Below the pieces are notes generated by a model. That model made no database searches, had not been told where the DNA came from, and saw only the letters and a program-made list of their open reading frames with translations. A stretch of DNA of 64,000 nt, taken from Cyanobacteria bacterium P01_F01_bin.150. GTDB taxonomy: Bacteria; Cyanobacteriota; Cyanobacteriia; CAKZMO01. Where the stretch lies: contig JBCCYL010000008.1 of NCBI GenBank assembly GCA_039189765.1, positions 32,001 through 96,000 on the forward strand, written 5' to 3'. Below, in pieces: positions 46,701-57,354 of the stretch. Each line of letters starts with the position of its first letter. Positions within the stretch are counted from its first letter, which is position 1. Made by a program: the position numbers and the translations under genes.

Positions 46701-48671
46701 CTATCGAATTCCTAACAAAATCATTAACTGATAGGGTTCTAGGACCAACTTTTGCATTGCAGTAATGGTTTTACCCGACACAATATCGGTAAAGGTTTTA
46801 CGCAAACCCAACAGCCGTAATCGTTTGGCCACCACTTCCTGTGGTTTCTCCGTAAAGTTGGCTAGCACGAGGACATTTTGATTCCAATCGTGCCGAAAAT
46901 AGCCAAATACATGATTATTACCTGGGTCCATAATATCGGTTTCACCATTTGTAAACGCGCGATTCTGCTGACGAATTTGAATCAATCGCAGCAGCCCTTG
47001 GTAAATACGACCGGGGATAGTGTCAATGTCCGAGCGTTCTTCAGCCCGTTCCCAGTCAAACCCAAGTCGATGCAGCCAGCGACTGTCGCCCTCTTTATCA
47101 GGGTCATTGCTGTAGTCATAGTCATTTACCATGCCCAACTCATCCCCCAAATAAATTAGCGGAATACCACCAATTGTTAAAAGAATACCGTGGAGCAAAA
47201 GAATACGACGAATGGCAAGATCAATTTCAATTTCATTCCCCTCAAACAATCCCTTTTCCAATCCACACAAAGACGCCGTTGTTCCTGACACTCTGGCATC
47301 CCCAGTCTTGGGGTTTTCCTGAAATGGTTGACCACGCCCAAATGAGCCGGGAAATTGGCCGGTATAGAAAGACGTTAGAAATTTACGATGGTCATTAAAG
47401 TTTAAATTAATTTCCACCGCATCTTCATCGGAAAAGGCCCAACCAATATCGTCATGACAGCGAATATAGTTGACCCAGGCACAGCCTGATGGAATCGACA
47501 GCCGCTTTTCCATCGCATGGCGCAGCAGGCTGACTTCCCGCGTAGCCAAGGCATTCCATAGCAGGGCCATTAGCTGAGGATTATATGAAAGCTGGCACTC
47601 ATCTTTGCCGATGTACTTATTGACTTCATCGGGATGGACAATTGCCTCAGACTTAAACACCAAAGCAGGTGCTGCGATTTGAACTAAGGCATTAAACGCT
47701 TGAATAATAAGATGGGCTTCTGGCAAATTCTCACAGCGGGTACCCACCTGTTTCCAGAGAAAAGCCACCGCATCCAGCCGCAATACCTCTACTCCAACGT
47801 TAGCTAAAAAGAGCATTTCACCAGCCATACGGCTAAAGACGGTGGGATTTTCGTAGTTCAAATCCCACTGAAAGTTATGAAAAGTAGTCCACACCCATTT
47901 ACGGATACGGTTGCGATAGGTAAAACAGCCCGGGTGTTCATCAGGAAAAACCGCCACAATACTCTCTTCAAAAGCATCGGGCAGATCACGGCTGGAATAC
48001 ATGCGGTAGTATTCCTGGTAATCCTCATGACCCGCTAGCGCTTTCGTCGCCCAGTCATGCTCATCAGAGGTGTGATTGAAGACAAAATCCAGAGCCAAAC
48101 TAATGCCATGACGCCGCAGTTCGGACGCCAACTCTTGCATTTGTTCAATGGTCCCTAACTGCGGATCGACGTCCCGATAGCTACTAACAGCGTAGCCGCC
48201 ATCGTTGTCCCCCTCGGGACTCTTAAAGATGGGCATGAGGTGTAGGTAGGTAATCCCCATTTCAGTGAGGTAAGGAATGCGATCGCTAATTCCTTGTAAA
48301 TCCCCCGCAAACAAATCTACGTAACACATTGTGCCCACCATGCGGTTGGCTTGATACCAATGAGGATCTGCCTCCCGCATAACATCAAGGGCTTTTAAAT
48401 CATCAGGACGCTCCACCCACATTTGAGTCGCCGTAGCCATAATGTCTTCTAAATGATAGAAAAAATCATATTGCTGGCCATAGAGTTGAAAAAGCAGCTT
48501 AAACAAACGAGGAAAATGGGTGTGAATGCGCTGCACGTAGCCATGCCAATCACCTTGGTCCACCTGATCGGCAAACCGAGCTTTCAGACGAGGCATTAAC
48601 CGTGATAAAGATGTTTGAATCTCCTTTGAAAAAGAAATGGGTTCACCCATGACCGTTCTTGATTGCCGCAT
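46701..48671 (-). CDS. Amylosucrase (GH13)
   Basis: YVDLFAG, YLHLMP, DGGYAVS, FQWDLNY, LRLDAVAF, FKSEAIV, RCHDDIGW, DSRWLHR. Confidence 0.9.
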   Translation of the reverse strand: MRQSRTVMGEPISFSKEIQTSLSRLMPRLKARFADQVDQGDWHGYVQRIHTHFPRLFKLLFQLYGQQYDFFYHLEDIMATATQMWVERPDDLKALDVMREADPHWYQANRMVGTMCYVDLFAGDLQGISDRIPYLTEMGITYLHLMPIFKSPEGDNDGGYAVSSYRDVDPQLGTIEQMQELASELRRHGISLALDFVFNHTSDEHDWATKALAGHEDYQEYYRMYSSRDLPDAFEESIVAVFPDEHPGCFTYRNRIRKWVWTTFHNFQWDLNYENPTVFSRMAGEMLFLANVGVEVLRLDAVAFLWKQVGTRCENLPEAHLIIQAFNALVQIAAPALVFKSEAIVHPDEVNKYIGKDECQLSYNPQLMALLWNALATREVSLLRHAMEKRLSIPSGCAWVNYIRCHDDIGWAFSDEDAVEINLNFNDHRKFLTSFYTGQFPGSFGRGQPFQENPKTGDARVSGTTASLCGLEKGLFEGNEIEIDLAIRRILLLHGILLTIGGIPLIYLGDELGMVNDYDYSNDPDKEGDSRWLHRLGFDWERAEERSDIDTIPGRIYQGLLRLIQIRQQNRAFTNGETDIMDPGNNHVFGYFRHDWNQNVLVLANFTEKPQEVVAKRLRLLGLRKTFTDIVSGKTITAMQKLVLEPYQLMILLGIR

Positions 48672-48843
48672 AGTGAAGAGTAATGAAGAGTAGGGCTAGA
48701 CCAATATAGCAAGAACACCGATATCAAAAACCCGATTCATGTTCTCTTGACACAAAATTTGGATATTTATTGCACTCTAGAGTAAAAATTAGGTAGAAAT
48801 GAGGGTGTCTCCATTCACATGGAAGAACTTGTTTATTGATTTC

Positions 48844-48921
48844 GGATTGTATTTTAAGCTGGAATGCTAAAGTTTGCATCCTAGTCTTTCGTTAAATTCT
48901 TGCAAGCTTCAAATACAATCC
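48844..48921 (+). mobile_element. 78-bp repeat, subtype 2
   Basis: TIRs GGATTGTATTTTAAGCT / AGCTTCAAATACAATCC; CGTTAAATTCTT shared with the 17542 copy; inner hairpin decayed. Confidence 0.72.
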
Positions 48922-49226
48922 TTGCTCTTTGCACTTCAATTTAGCGTCGTCTTTAAAAAACAACGCTGTATCTCCTAAAAAATGTAAAGAAACAAGAGAT
49001 TTTCTAAGGGATCTACACTGGGTTGAATATGATGTTTCCATCAAAATCTGAGTTTTCACAGAGGGTAAAACTGCTCACCATCAACTGCTCACCATCGTTG
49101 GCCAAGAATAGTTGCAGGCTCAAACTGCTTATCCTTTTCTAGCTAAAGATGGTTTCAAGCTCATAGGTCTCAATTTTAAGACTGTTTTCTAACAATCAAA
49201 CCGTTGCTCTCTGGAGCCATAGTCCG

Positions 49227-49955
49227 TTGAACCCGATTAACCTGAGTCAATCCACAACCCAAATTATGCCGGTAAATCACCCTAATGATCTACCAGCAGT
49301 GCTCACTGCCTTATCATTGGAAAAAAGGCGACCAACCTTGGTGTTGGTGGGAGGTGCCAGCAAACTCAGTCCAGGGGACTTTGAGAAAGTGGAGACCTTA
49401 TTTTTAAAAGTACTAGCCCCCTTAGCCCAGGAATTAGGGCTAGCAGTTGTGGACGGGGGGACCGATGCAGGCATTATGAGGCTTATCGGGCAGGCTCGAA
49501 AGACCATCGGTGGGACCTTTCCGCTCATAGGAGTAGCTCCCTTGGGACTAGTTAATTTACCAAATCAGCCTGCGCTGAGTGGAGACTCTGCACCGCTAGA
49601 AGAACATCACACCCATTGCCTGTTGATTCCTGGTGATCAATGGGGTGACGAAAGTCCCTGGATTGCAACAGTAGCAAGTACTTTGGCGTCTGGTTTACCC
49701 TCCACAGCAATTCTCATTAACGGAGGAGAAGTCACCTGGAAAGATGCACAGTCAAATGTGGAGGTGAAGCGAAAAGTGGTAGTGGTTGATGGCAGTGGAC
49801 GTACGGCCGATATTCTAGCAGATGCGATCGCAGGGTATGAGGTGTCTGATCAACGGGCTCGCCCTTTGGTTGATTCAGGTTTTTTGAATAGTTTAGACCT
49901 CAATCAATCAGTCGAGCATTTAACAGCTCAAATTCGTCAATTCTTTACGACCTAA
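49227..49955 (+). CDS. SLOG-superfamily protein (TRPM/LSDAT-like, prokaryotic)
   Basis: LVLVGGA, VVDGGTDAGIM, LIGVAP, HHTH, WGDESPW, INGG, GSGRTAD. Confidence 0.75.
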   Translation: MNPINLSQSTTQIMPVNHPNDLPAVLTALSLEKRRPTLVLVGGASKLSPGDFEKVETLFLKVLAPLAQELGLAVVDGGTDAGIMRLIGQARKTIGGTFPLIGVAPLGLVNLPNQPALSGDSAPLEEHHTHCLLIPGDQWGDESPWIATVASTLASGLPSTAILINGGEVTWKDAQSNVEVKRKVVVVDGSGRTADILADAIAGYEVSDQRARPLVDSGFLNSLDLNQSVEHLTAQIRQFFTT

Positions 49956-50052
49956 GTTTAAGCCTTTTCAAGAAATACGCGATCGCCCTGCTCTACATTG
50001 AGAGATTGAGAGATACTAAAATATTTTCCTTGGAATCATCCAATCGCATGGG

Positions 50053-52095
50053 TTATCGTATCAGCTGGAGCTGAATTTTTTGGGAAAGCCACACCTGGAC
50101 CCATCCTCTTGGTTTGCGGATGTAGGTCTCGGGATTGAGCCATTTGGGATACGGTGAAACGTATAAATCTGTCGGCTCAGGATCCTTGGCCCGGCCTCTT
50201 TTCTCAGCAGGTTGAAAGCCGGCTCCATGGATTAATTTAGCCAATATTTCCAGGGTAATATTCCAATCTTCAAACAGCTTTTGCCCCTGTTTAATATCGC
50301 TTTGAGCCTTGGCGATCGCATCAGGCATTACCCGTTCTAACAAAATTTGGATATTGTAGGCGGGAGTTTTCACGTCTTCCGCACGGCAAACAGCATCCAG
50401 CATCAAGTAGATAACTAAACGTATGGTCAATTCATGACCATACGCATCAAGTTGCAACAGATGCAGAGCAATTGTTCCAAATTGATTTAGGCTTTGGTTA
50501 CTATCATCAGTAAATGCCACATCCATAGAGGGTACTGGCGGATTGTACCCGCCATCTAACAGCTCTACCCATAATCCCGGGCGCACCGTTAGCAAGACAG
50601 TGCCGGTCGTTTCAATCTCCCCACTTTGACGATCAAATAGTCCTTGAGGAGTAATCATCACATCCCACAGCTTGCCAACGGGCGATCGCCCCATGGCTTG
50701 AGTATTTAATTTCCCCATCAAAGGCCCTATTGACTGTGATGGCGGTTCTGCATCGTCACTGATGGACTCTTGAGGCGGAATATTCGCCGCACTTTTCAGC
50801 TCAGAACTATCTTGGCCTTTGTAATCTACCCAAACTAGCTTTACCAACACACAAGACAGGGCATAGAGTAAATTGATAGCTTTCGTCTCTACATCCTGAT
50901 CATTTGTGAAATTGCCCATTTTAGCGGCATGGCCGCTAATAGTACGAGACGACGACCAGCCCAATGCTTCCACCAAATTTGCGGACGTTAACGTAAAAGG
51001 CTGATCCCAACGGGGATATTGAGTGGCATAGGCAGCCAAAAGAAACTGTAATTTAGCTGCGCTCAAGCCAAATTTTAGACGAATTTGTTCCACTAATTCC
51101 CACGGTAGCGCTTTAATATCGCGTGAACTGGTGATGTAGTGTTCTAAATATTGATGGCGATTTTGTTTAGCGTGGTAGCGTAAATAAGCAACTTCACGGG
51201 CATCAGATGACCATAAATCAGATTGAAATTGATCTGAAAATGATATAGTCCCGTCTTCGCCTTCCTGAACCGACAGCGGCAACTCACTGGCTAACTCCGC
51301 AATCGGACTGACATTTGACAGGGATTGCTCCACTTGAGGAGTTGCTTGGGACTCCTGTTGTTCGGTCAGACCTAATCGACGTCTCAATAAAGAGAGAGAT
51401 TGGTTTGCCAAATCCATTTCTTGGATAATACGCTGAGCCAATCGCTGGGCATAGGACTCTTCCATGGGCTTTAACCGCTCGCGAAGATTCATCGTCGGAG
51501 CTTCAAACATATATTGAAAGAGAATTTGGTTAAATTCTTCCCAGTCAAGGGATTCCAAAACGCGATCGCCCAAATCACGCTGCATCGCTTGTAACGCTTG
51601 GGAGACTAGCGTAGATCGAATATCTTCAGCAGTATCAGTCCAAAGGTTATAGCGATCGCACTGTTCTGCGGCCCAATTTTTAAGAGTTGTCAAAATGGTA
51701 TCACTCGTCATCTCTTGATCCAACTCGGCACCATATGCCTCAATCAAGTGCTGATAGATGGCGATGGCAATTAAATCCAGTAGGGTCGATTCATGGGCCA
51801 AATAATGGGTAACGGCAGACATCTCTGGCCGAATCACACTAATGGCAGCGTCTTGAGACACTCGCAGAGGGGAATCAGAGCTAGATGATGCTTTAGGAGC
51901 TTTAGGGGAGTTCAGAGTTTTTGGATGCTTGGATGGCTTGGATGCTTGATTGGGCGCAGACAAATTCGATGACAAAGAATCATCATTCCCCATGTAATCA
52001 GCCTGGTCAGCAGAGCTATGCTGAGAGCTGTAGTGGGATGTAGGATTTGATTTAGGCTGGTTCACAGCACATTTTCTCCACTTGCGATCGCCCAA
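50053..52095 (-). CDS. Hypothetical protein (680 aa, disordered N-terminus)
   Basis: Long uninterrupted ORF; no confidently recognised domain; start uncertain. Confidence 0.7.
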   Translation of the reverse strand: MGDRKWRKCAVNQPKSNPTSHYSSQHSSADQADYMGNDDSLSSNLSAPNQASKPSKHPKTLNSPKAPKASSSSDSPLRVSQDAAISVIRPEMSAVTHYLAHESTLLDLIAIAIYQHLIEAYGAELDQEMTSDTILTTLKNWAAEQCDRYNLWTDTAEDIRSTLVSQALQAMQRDLGDRVLESLDWEEFNQILFQYMFEAPTMNLRERLKPMEESYAQRLAQRIIQEMDLANQSLSLLRRRLGLTEQQESQATPQVEQSLSNVSPIAELASELPLSVQEGEDGTISFSDQFQSDLWSSDAREVAYLRYHAKQNRHQYLEHYITSSRDIKALPWELVEQIRLKFGLSAAKLQFLLAAYATQYPRWDQPFTLTSANLVEALGWSSSRTISGHAAKMGNFTNDQDVETKAINLLYALSCVLVKLVWVDYKGQDSSELKSAANIPPQESISDDAEPPSQSIGPLMGKLNTQAMGRSPVGKLWDVMITPQGLFDRQSGEIETTGTVLLTVRPGLWVELLDGGYNPPVPSMDVAFTDDSNQSLNQFGTIALHLLQLDAYGHELTIRLVIYLMLDAVCRAEDVKTPAYNIQILLERVMPDAIAKAQSDIKQGQKLFEDWNITLEILAKLIHGAGFQPAEKRGRAKDPEPTDLYVSPYPKWLNPETYIRKPRGWVQVWLSQKIQLQLIR

Positions 52096-52158
52096 CGCAT
52101 CTCCAGCGTAGCTTAGGATAAACCTTTCAGAGAATGATTTTCGCTCAGTGTAAGAATT

Positions 52159-52317
52159 GGAGATGGAGGGTTAGGGTGTTGAAGAGTTGAGATGTTGAAG
52201 AGTTGGAGCGTTGGGCGTTGAAGAATGGGACAGGTCTAACTGCTTTATTCCTTAGCTCCTCTGCTCCCCCTCTCCTTTTGCCTTCTGCCTTCTGCCTTCT
52301 GCCTTCTACCTTCTGCC
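52159..52317. repeat. Intergenic composite microsatellite (GAAGAGTT-like 8-mers, GCTCCTCT units, TTCTGCC-like x6)
   Basis: Read directly; six heptamers at 52276-52317. Confidence 0.85.
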
Positions 52318-52318
52318 T

Positions 52319-53728
52319 TTAATTGAGGCGTTGATGGGCGATCGCTAGGCTATTGGCATCTCCTACGTTGCCAGGAAAGAGAAGTACGGGCAAGCGGGGA
52401 AACTTTGAATGGGAGGTATCTGTACAGACTAAACAGCATCCTGGCAAAATTTGTCCCAGAAGCTGTACCGACTGCAACCCTAAGCCGTGACTTAAGGTGT
52501 TGTTGGATGTAATTCCTCCCTTGCTAATCAAAAAACTAATCGTACTCGGTAAGTCTTTGACAATATCGATCAACAGATCAGCCACCGTTTGACTAAATTG
52601 AAGACGTTGTTCAGATTTTTCAAATGTAATTTCATCTCGACTGGTGTACACAACGACACTTTGACCCAGACGGTGGGCCGTATGAATTTTGGCCAGGGTG
52701 TCATTGAGCAATTGTTGATAAATTGGTTGTACATCAGCCAAGATTGAGTTGGGTGATGTCACATTTGCATTCACTTGTTGTAAAGTCTGGGGATGAGGCG
52801 ATGCCTGAGGCATAACAAAGGCCCAAATATTTACTTCAATCCCGCACACCCGTGGCTCTTGGAGCAATACCTGGAGTTGTTTTGTGGTTTTGCTCACATA
52901 GGACCCCACAAGCACAACACCGGGTCGAGAGTTACGCATATCTTGGCCAAACAATTCAGACAAGATCGGCTGGGGTGGAAGCTGGGCTAAAGATGTGAGC
53001 AGGCTGGCGGCACTGCGAAACAGAAAACGTTTGCCCTGATCGGCAGCAGTAAGACAGTCTGTAGCAAAATTATCTAAGTCAGTTTGAGCTTCAGCGTCAA
53101 CGACTACACATTGATTCTGCTCAAAAGTTAGTAGCTGATCGACACATCCCTTCTGGAGATCCGCAGAAAGCATTCGATAAACAGACGATGCAGCGATCGC
53201 CCCTCCTGTTTTTTCTTCGACATAATCCGGTAAGAAACTATGACTAAATGGGAAAATAGCATCTTGAGCAAACTCTGTTTTATGCACAGGCATATCAATC
53301 ACGTTGCCCTGATCATCTTCGCTCTTAACATAATGAATGCTATTGCGGGTGAAACGTCCCCCTTCAAAAAAGGCTGGCACTAGAAAATGAGCATCAAAGG
53401 GTCCCAGTTCATCCGCAATGGTGTCCGTTTCTAATGGATAGTGGCCCCGCAGGGTGGAATCGGAACGGCTAACGATTAGACACTTATCAAGACATTCGTG
53501 GGCGATCGCGTCTTTTAGATTACGGCAAACATCACGGGTCACCTGTTCTGCCTGGGCTGGAGAAAGTGATCGGGTGTTGGTGAGAATAAATACGATGGGG
53601 CTGGGGTCCCGAAGACCCATACATAAGGTGTCTACATCCCACTGCATCAGCAATAAACAACTATGGACAGTTTGCGACCCTGTCGGATCGTCATCAAGAA
53701 CAATAATTTTCGGACGTTGGTTTGACAT
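52319..53728 (-). CDS. Four-carbon acid sugar kinase family protein (DUF1537)
   Basis: VLDDDPTGSQ, TNTRSL, RSDSTLRGH, SKGGITS, FPGNVG. Confidence 0.9.
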   Translation of the reverse strand: MSNQRPKIIVLDDDPTGSQTVHSCLLLMQWDVDTLCMGLRDPSPIVFILTNTRSLSPAQAEQVTRDVCRNLKDAIAHECLDKCLIVSRSDSTLRGHYPLETDTIADELGPFDAHFLVPAFFEGGRFTRNSIHYVKSEDDQGNVIDMPVHKTEFAQDAIFPFSHSFLPDYVEEKTGGAIAASSVYRMLSADLQKGCVDQLLTFEQNQCVVVDAEAQTDLDNFATDCLTAADQGKRFLFRSAASLLTSLAQLPPQPILSELFGQDMRNSRPGVVLVGSYVSKTTKQLQVLLQEPRVCGIEVNIWAFVMPQASPHPQTLQQVNANVTSPNSILADVQPIYQQLLNDTLAKIHTAHRLGQSVVVYTSRDEITFEKSEQRLQFSQTVADLLIDIVKDLPSTISFLISKGGITSNNTLSHGLGLQSVQLLGQILPGCCLVCTDTSHSKFPRLPVLLFPGNVGDANSLAIAHQRLN

Positions 53729-54594
53729 TAGGGATTCAGGTGACGGTGAGGAATCAAAGAGTGAGGCTTCTCTAGACCATGAGCCAGCATTAGTTCCTCA
53801 TTGCCCATAATCACTTGGGGAATCCCGTCTGCAATAATCTGGCCTTCGTCGAGTAAAAGGACGCGATCGCACACTTCCAACAAAAACTCCAGGTCATGGG
53901 ACGATATCAGCATGGTTTCCTGGGACGTTTGCAAAAACTGAATTAGGCGACGACGAGCGCGTAAATCTAGGTTAGCCGACGGTTCATCATAAATAATCAG
54001 CTCCGGCAACATCGAGAGCACAGAAGCGATCGCCACCATCCGCTTCTCGCCACCCGAAAGATGATGGGGCGCATGCTGTTTATGGTCTATCATCCCCGTT
54101 AGTTCCAAGGCCATTTGAGTCCGGGTCTGCACTTCATCGGGAGCCAACCCCATATTTTCTGGGCCAAAAGCGACATCGGCTTCAACTGTTGCGGAAAAAA
54201 GCTGATCGTCTGGATTCTGAAAGACCAAGCCGAGTTCAGGGCGAAATTCTCCTTGAACGACAGGTTGACCAAATAAAGAAATTGCCCCTGATTTAAGGGG
54301 TAAAATTCCACAAATTGTCATAAATAACGATGTTTTACCCGCACCATTAGGACCAATAATGCCAAGCTTTTCCCCTGCACTCACCATAAACGATAGTCCG
54401 TCTAATGTTGGCGGATATCCTGGATAAGCAAACGTGAGAGTTTGAACGTCAAGAATCACCGACCCCAGATCACCAGCCACAGAAACATCGGAGAAATGGG
54501 ACGTAATGAACCGATCAACAGGGCCATTTTGCTCATTAGCCTTGAATGGATCGTTATTTTGAGGAGATGAAGGAGAAGATTTAAGTTGTGTCAT
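53728..54594 (-). CDS. cbiO: ECF transporter ATPase CbiO/NikO
   Basis: GPNGAGKT, FQNPDDQLF, LSGGEKR, DEPSANLD, SHD. Confidence 0.9.
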   Translation of the reverse strand: MTQLKSSPSSPQNNDPFKANEQNGPVDRFITSHFSDVSVAGDLGSVILDVQTLTFAYPGYPPTLDGLSFMVSAGEKLGIIGPNGAGKTSLFMTICGILPLKSGAISLFGQPVVQGEFRPELGLVFQNPDDQLFSATVEADVAFGPENMGLAPDEVQTRTQMALELTGMIDHKQHAPHHLSGGEKRMVAIASVLSMLPELIIYDEPSANLDLRARRRLIQFLQTSQETMLISSHDLEFLLEVCDRVLLLDEGQIIADGIPQVIMGNEELMLAHGLEKPHSLIPHRHLNP

Positions 54595-54692
54595 AGGAGG
54601 ATAGTCTGAAATCGCCTTTAGGCGTGGGTACCAGTGAAATGAAGAAAAAGTCAATCCTTACACGATTGACAGTATTGGCAAGAAGCCTGACA

Positions 54693-55589
54693 CTACGTCA
54701 TTGCAGTGCTTCCATGACTGAGCCAATAGTTTGCAGCCAGAAGGCTAATAGCAACCAACAGTGAACAAAAAAGCGCGATCGCATCCCAGGTATACGTCGA
54801 CAGTAGAATATGAGGTTTTAAATTTTGGCCATTGGATTTTGGCGTAAAGCTGTGGGGCCGATATCCATATCCTCGAAGTCGCATGGCTTGATAAACACGC
54901 TCTGATTGCTCATAACTGCGAATAAAAAGTGTTCCTGCCAACGTTGCCAGGATCATGGTCTGATTGGTCAGCGATCGAATATGAATGGGAAGACTGGAGG
55001 ATTCTGTCGAAGAAAGTTGAGGCGATCGCTGAGGGACTTGCTGAGGCGATGAAAGAACCCGAAATCCTCTTAATGTCATGGCCCGTCGCATGCGATCTAA
55101 ATTTGCCAAAATCTCAAACAGATATCGATAGGACAACAGCATCATATCGGTCAGCAGAGCGGGAACTCCCAGTGCTCTAAATGCTTTCACAAGCTTTAGA
55201 AAAGGCGTTGTCCCCAACACAATAAAACCAAGAGTGACACTACATAAAAACCGTCCAGCAATTAATAAAGACGAAAGTAGTCCTTCTCTCCATAGAGTGA
55301 GGGGTCCCCACTGCCATAGAGGAGTCTCACCAGAGAGCCACGGAATAAATAAGACAATGCCCACAAGGAAAAACCCCGGATAGCGGAGACGGGATTGGAG
55401 AAATGACATGGGTAAACATGCAAGTCTGTAGACTAATCCAACAATCAGCACCATCCATGGCAACAGCCACAAGGATTTCACCGCAGCAAATGCCATCATC
55501 AGCCCCACTAAACCAATCACCTTAAAGCGAGCATCCCACTGGTGGACCCACGAATCTAAATTAGTACAATCATCAAACTGAATCTTCAT
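54693..55589 (-). CDS. cbiQ: ECF transporter T component CbiQ/NikQ
   Basis: DARFK, YRYL, AMTLRG, RSYEQSERVYQAMRLRG. Confidence 0.9.
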   Translation of the reverse strand: MKIQFDDCTNLDSWVHQWDARFKVIGLVGLMMAFAAVKSLWLLPWMVLIVGLVYRLACLPMSFLQSRLRYPGFFLVGIVLFIPWLSGETPLWQWGPLTLWREGLLSSLLIAGRFLCSVTLGFIVLGTTPFLKLVKAFRALGVPALLTDMMLLSYRYLFEILANLDRMRRAMTLRGFRVLSSPQQVPQRSPQLSSTESSSLPIHIRSLTNQTMILATLAGTLFIRSYEQSERVYQAMRLRGYGYRPHSFTPKSNGQNLKPHILLSTYTWDAIALFCSLLVAISLLAANYWLSHGSTAMT

Positions 55590-55769
55590 GTAGTCCTGTC
55601 CACATATCAACTTTAAAGGGTATCTAAGAAGGCTCCCAGCCCCTTTGACTGGCAAGTCTGACTGACAAGAATTTCAGTCGAAAGAGCTAAAGTCCCTGTA
55701 GCTCCTGTCCAGTGAGGATTATAATCGACTTCGCGGTCACCCTCTTATGAAGCCAAGCCCGCCTCCGGA

Positions 55770-56522
55770 CTATCCTGTCCGTTGCTCGGTCTGCTGATGG
55801 GCTTGCGGATGAGACGACTGCCCCCTCGTTCGGTCACCTGGCGAATCCAGCAGCTCTGGCTTTGTACGCAAAATAAACACGACAAACGATCCAGTAAATA
55901 GACCTTCTATGATCGCGAGCGGCAAATTAACCAAGGTCATCAAAGAAATAGCAGCCTGCTCGGTCGCAGCGTTTATATCCGCAGGAATCGTCGAAATAAC
56001 CAGAGCAAAAAACAGTAGGGCCGCCCCCATCACCCCCACAAATCCAGCTACCCCTCCAAACAAACCGTGCAGCATTCGAGTCGGAACTCTACCCCCAGCC
56101 GTCATCTTGGGAATTAACCAATGTCGCGATTCAAATAAATGATGAGCTAAGAGAGCAGGTACTCCTAGCAATAAAGTATTCAGTCCTAATGTGGTTAATC
56201 CACCATGACCCAGCAACAATGCTTGAAACAGTAAGCCACTGACAATTGCTGGAATTGCATAATATCCCAGGACAACTCCCAACAGACCATTCATTAAAAA
56301 GTGAATCGTTCCCAAGGGAGGAGGCCCTGGCAAGTAAAGTGATGAAGCCACAAAAAATGTTGCTGTTAATAGGGCCGCTTTAGGAATGGTTCGAGACACA
56401 CCAGCCGGATGGCGACGGGACTGAAGCTCAATACGGCGGAGTGAATACCCGATGAGGGGTACGGCGATCGCATACCCAACGACACTGACTTGAGCAGGTA
56501 GAATTCCATCGGGGATATGCAT
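55770..56522 (-). CDS. cbiM: ECF S component CbiM/NikM
   Basis: Metal-binding N-terminus MHIPDG, GLLFQALLLGHGGLTTLG, IEGL.T. Confidence 0.92.
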   Translation of the reverse strand: MHIPDGILPAQVSVVGYAIAVPLIGYSLRRIELQSRRHPAGVSRTIPKAALLTATFFVASSLYLPGPPPLGTIHFLMNGLLGVVLGYYAIPAIVSGLLFQALLLGHGGLTTLGLNTLLLGVPALLAHHLFESRHWLIPKMTAGGRVPTRMLHGLFGGVAGFVGVMGAALLFFALVISTIPADINAATEQAAISLMTLVNLPLAIIEGLFTGSFVVFILRTKPELLDSPGDRTRGQSSHPQAHQQTEQRTG

Positions 56523-56784
56523 TAGGTCTGATTCCTCTGATTAGTCTCACTTATATTTAGTGTTAGGGCTATTGGGGTTTCTACACAGGTTATTTGGGAT
56601 TTATTAATGGTTTTGTTAAAGCTGAGTAATGTTTTTCAAAAACATCACCTGAACTACCCATTGAGTCTCCCAGTCATTAACCGACAAATTATAGATTTAT
56701 TTAAAATTTCATTTTAAGGTGTCACAATGCCGTTTTAAAGTAATGACTCCAGAGCATCATTTAGGCTTTATACGTAGAATTTAA

Positions 56785-56864
56785 AGGTATCAACTTTAGG
56801 TGGGGAGTGTGGACACAGCATGCCCACACTAACGCTGATTGTGTTTCACCTTAAAACAAAACCC
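56785..56864 (+). mobile_element. 80-bp TIR/hairpin repeat, subtype 1
   Basis: AGGTATCAACTTTAGG..AGTGTGG/CCACACT..TTTCACCTTAAAACAAAACCC; GAATTTA on both flanks. Confidence 0.82.
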
Positions 56865-56868
56865 GAAT

Positions 56869-57354
56869 TTAGAAATGAGAATGCTCTGGAGTGGCTGTAG
56901 TTTGGAGTGGCTGTTGCCGTCTAGAAAAGAATAGGGCGGTTCCCACAAAACCCCATACAACTGCTGCAATTGTCAACCACTTTTGCAGAGGAGTGTTGTC
57001 TGAACGAGATAGCTGTCGAATAGCACCATCTTCTTGGACATTAATTCGCAGTAATTCTCCATGACCTGCTAAACGCGCCTGAATATCCCAAGTACCGGGT
57101 ATATTTGGATCTGGCGTAAATAAAAAGTAGCCATTTTCATTCGTAAGCGTCTGTAGCCAAACGTTTTGCGGATCCGTGGGAGCATAAACATTGATTTGAG
57201 CATTGGCCATTGGCTCGCCGGATTCATATGTGACTTGAACCTGAAACGAGGGAATTGGCGTTGCCTCCATTAATACTCCATGGGCCAATGTTCTAGAAGA
57301 CCAATTGATGCCAGTCACGAGTATTAGCAAGGAAAGAACAAATTGCAGTTTCAT
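56869..57354 (-). CDS. Co/Ni transport accessory protein (CbiL/NikL-like; signal peptide, beta-sandwich, C-terminal TM)
   Basis: Signal peptide followed by HGV; Y.SGEPM..A.I.VY.P; GTW...GHG; first gene upstream of cbiMQO. Confidence 0.75.
   Translation of the reverse strand: MKLQFVLSLLILVTGINWSSRTLAHGVLMEATPIPSFQVQVTYESGEPMANAQINVYAPTDPQNVWLQTLTNENGYFLFTPDPNIPGTWDIQARLAGHGELLRINVQEDGAIRQLSRSDNTPLQKWLTIAAVVWGFVGTALFFSRRQQPLQTTATPEHSHF

Noticed and set aside
44662..49955. Patatin plus SLOG as a CBASS/Thoeris-like defence island
   Set aside because: Different strands, separated by amylosucrase, and no cyclase or TIR gene.
55620..55770. Cobalamin riboswitch (AGTCAGACTTGCC on the minus strand)
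   Set aside because: The GGGAA and CCC..ACTGT core elements were not found, and it lies inside the operon; it looks more like a decayed REP-like repeat. None was seen upstream of 57354 either.
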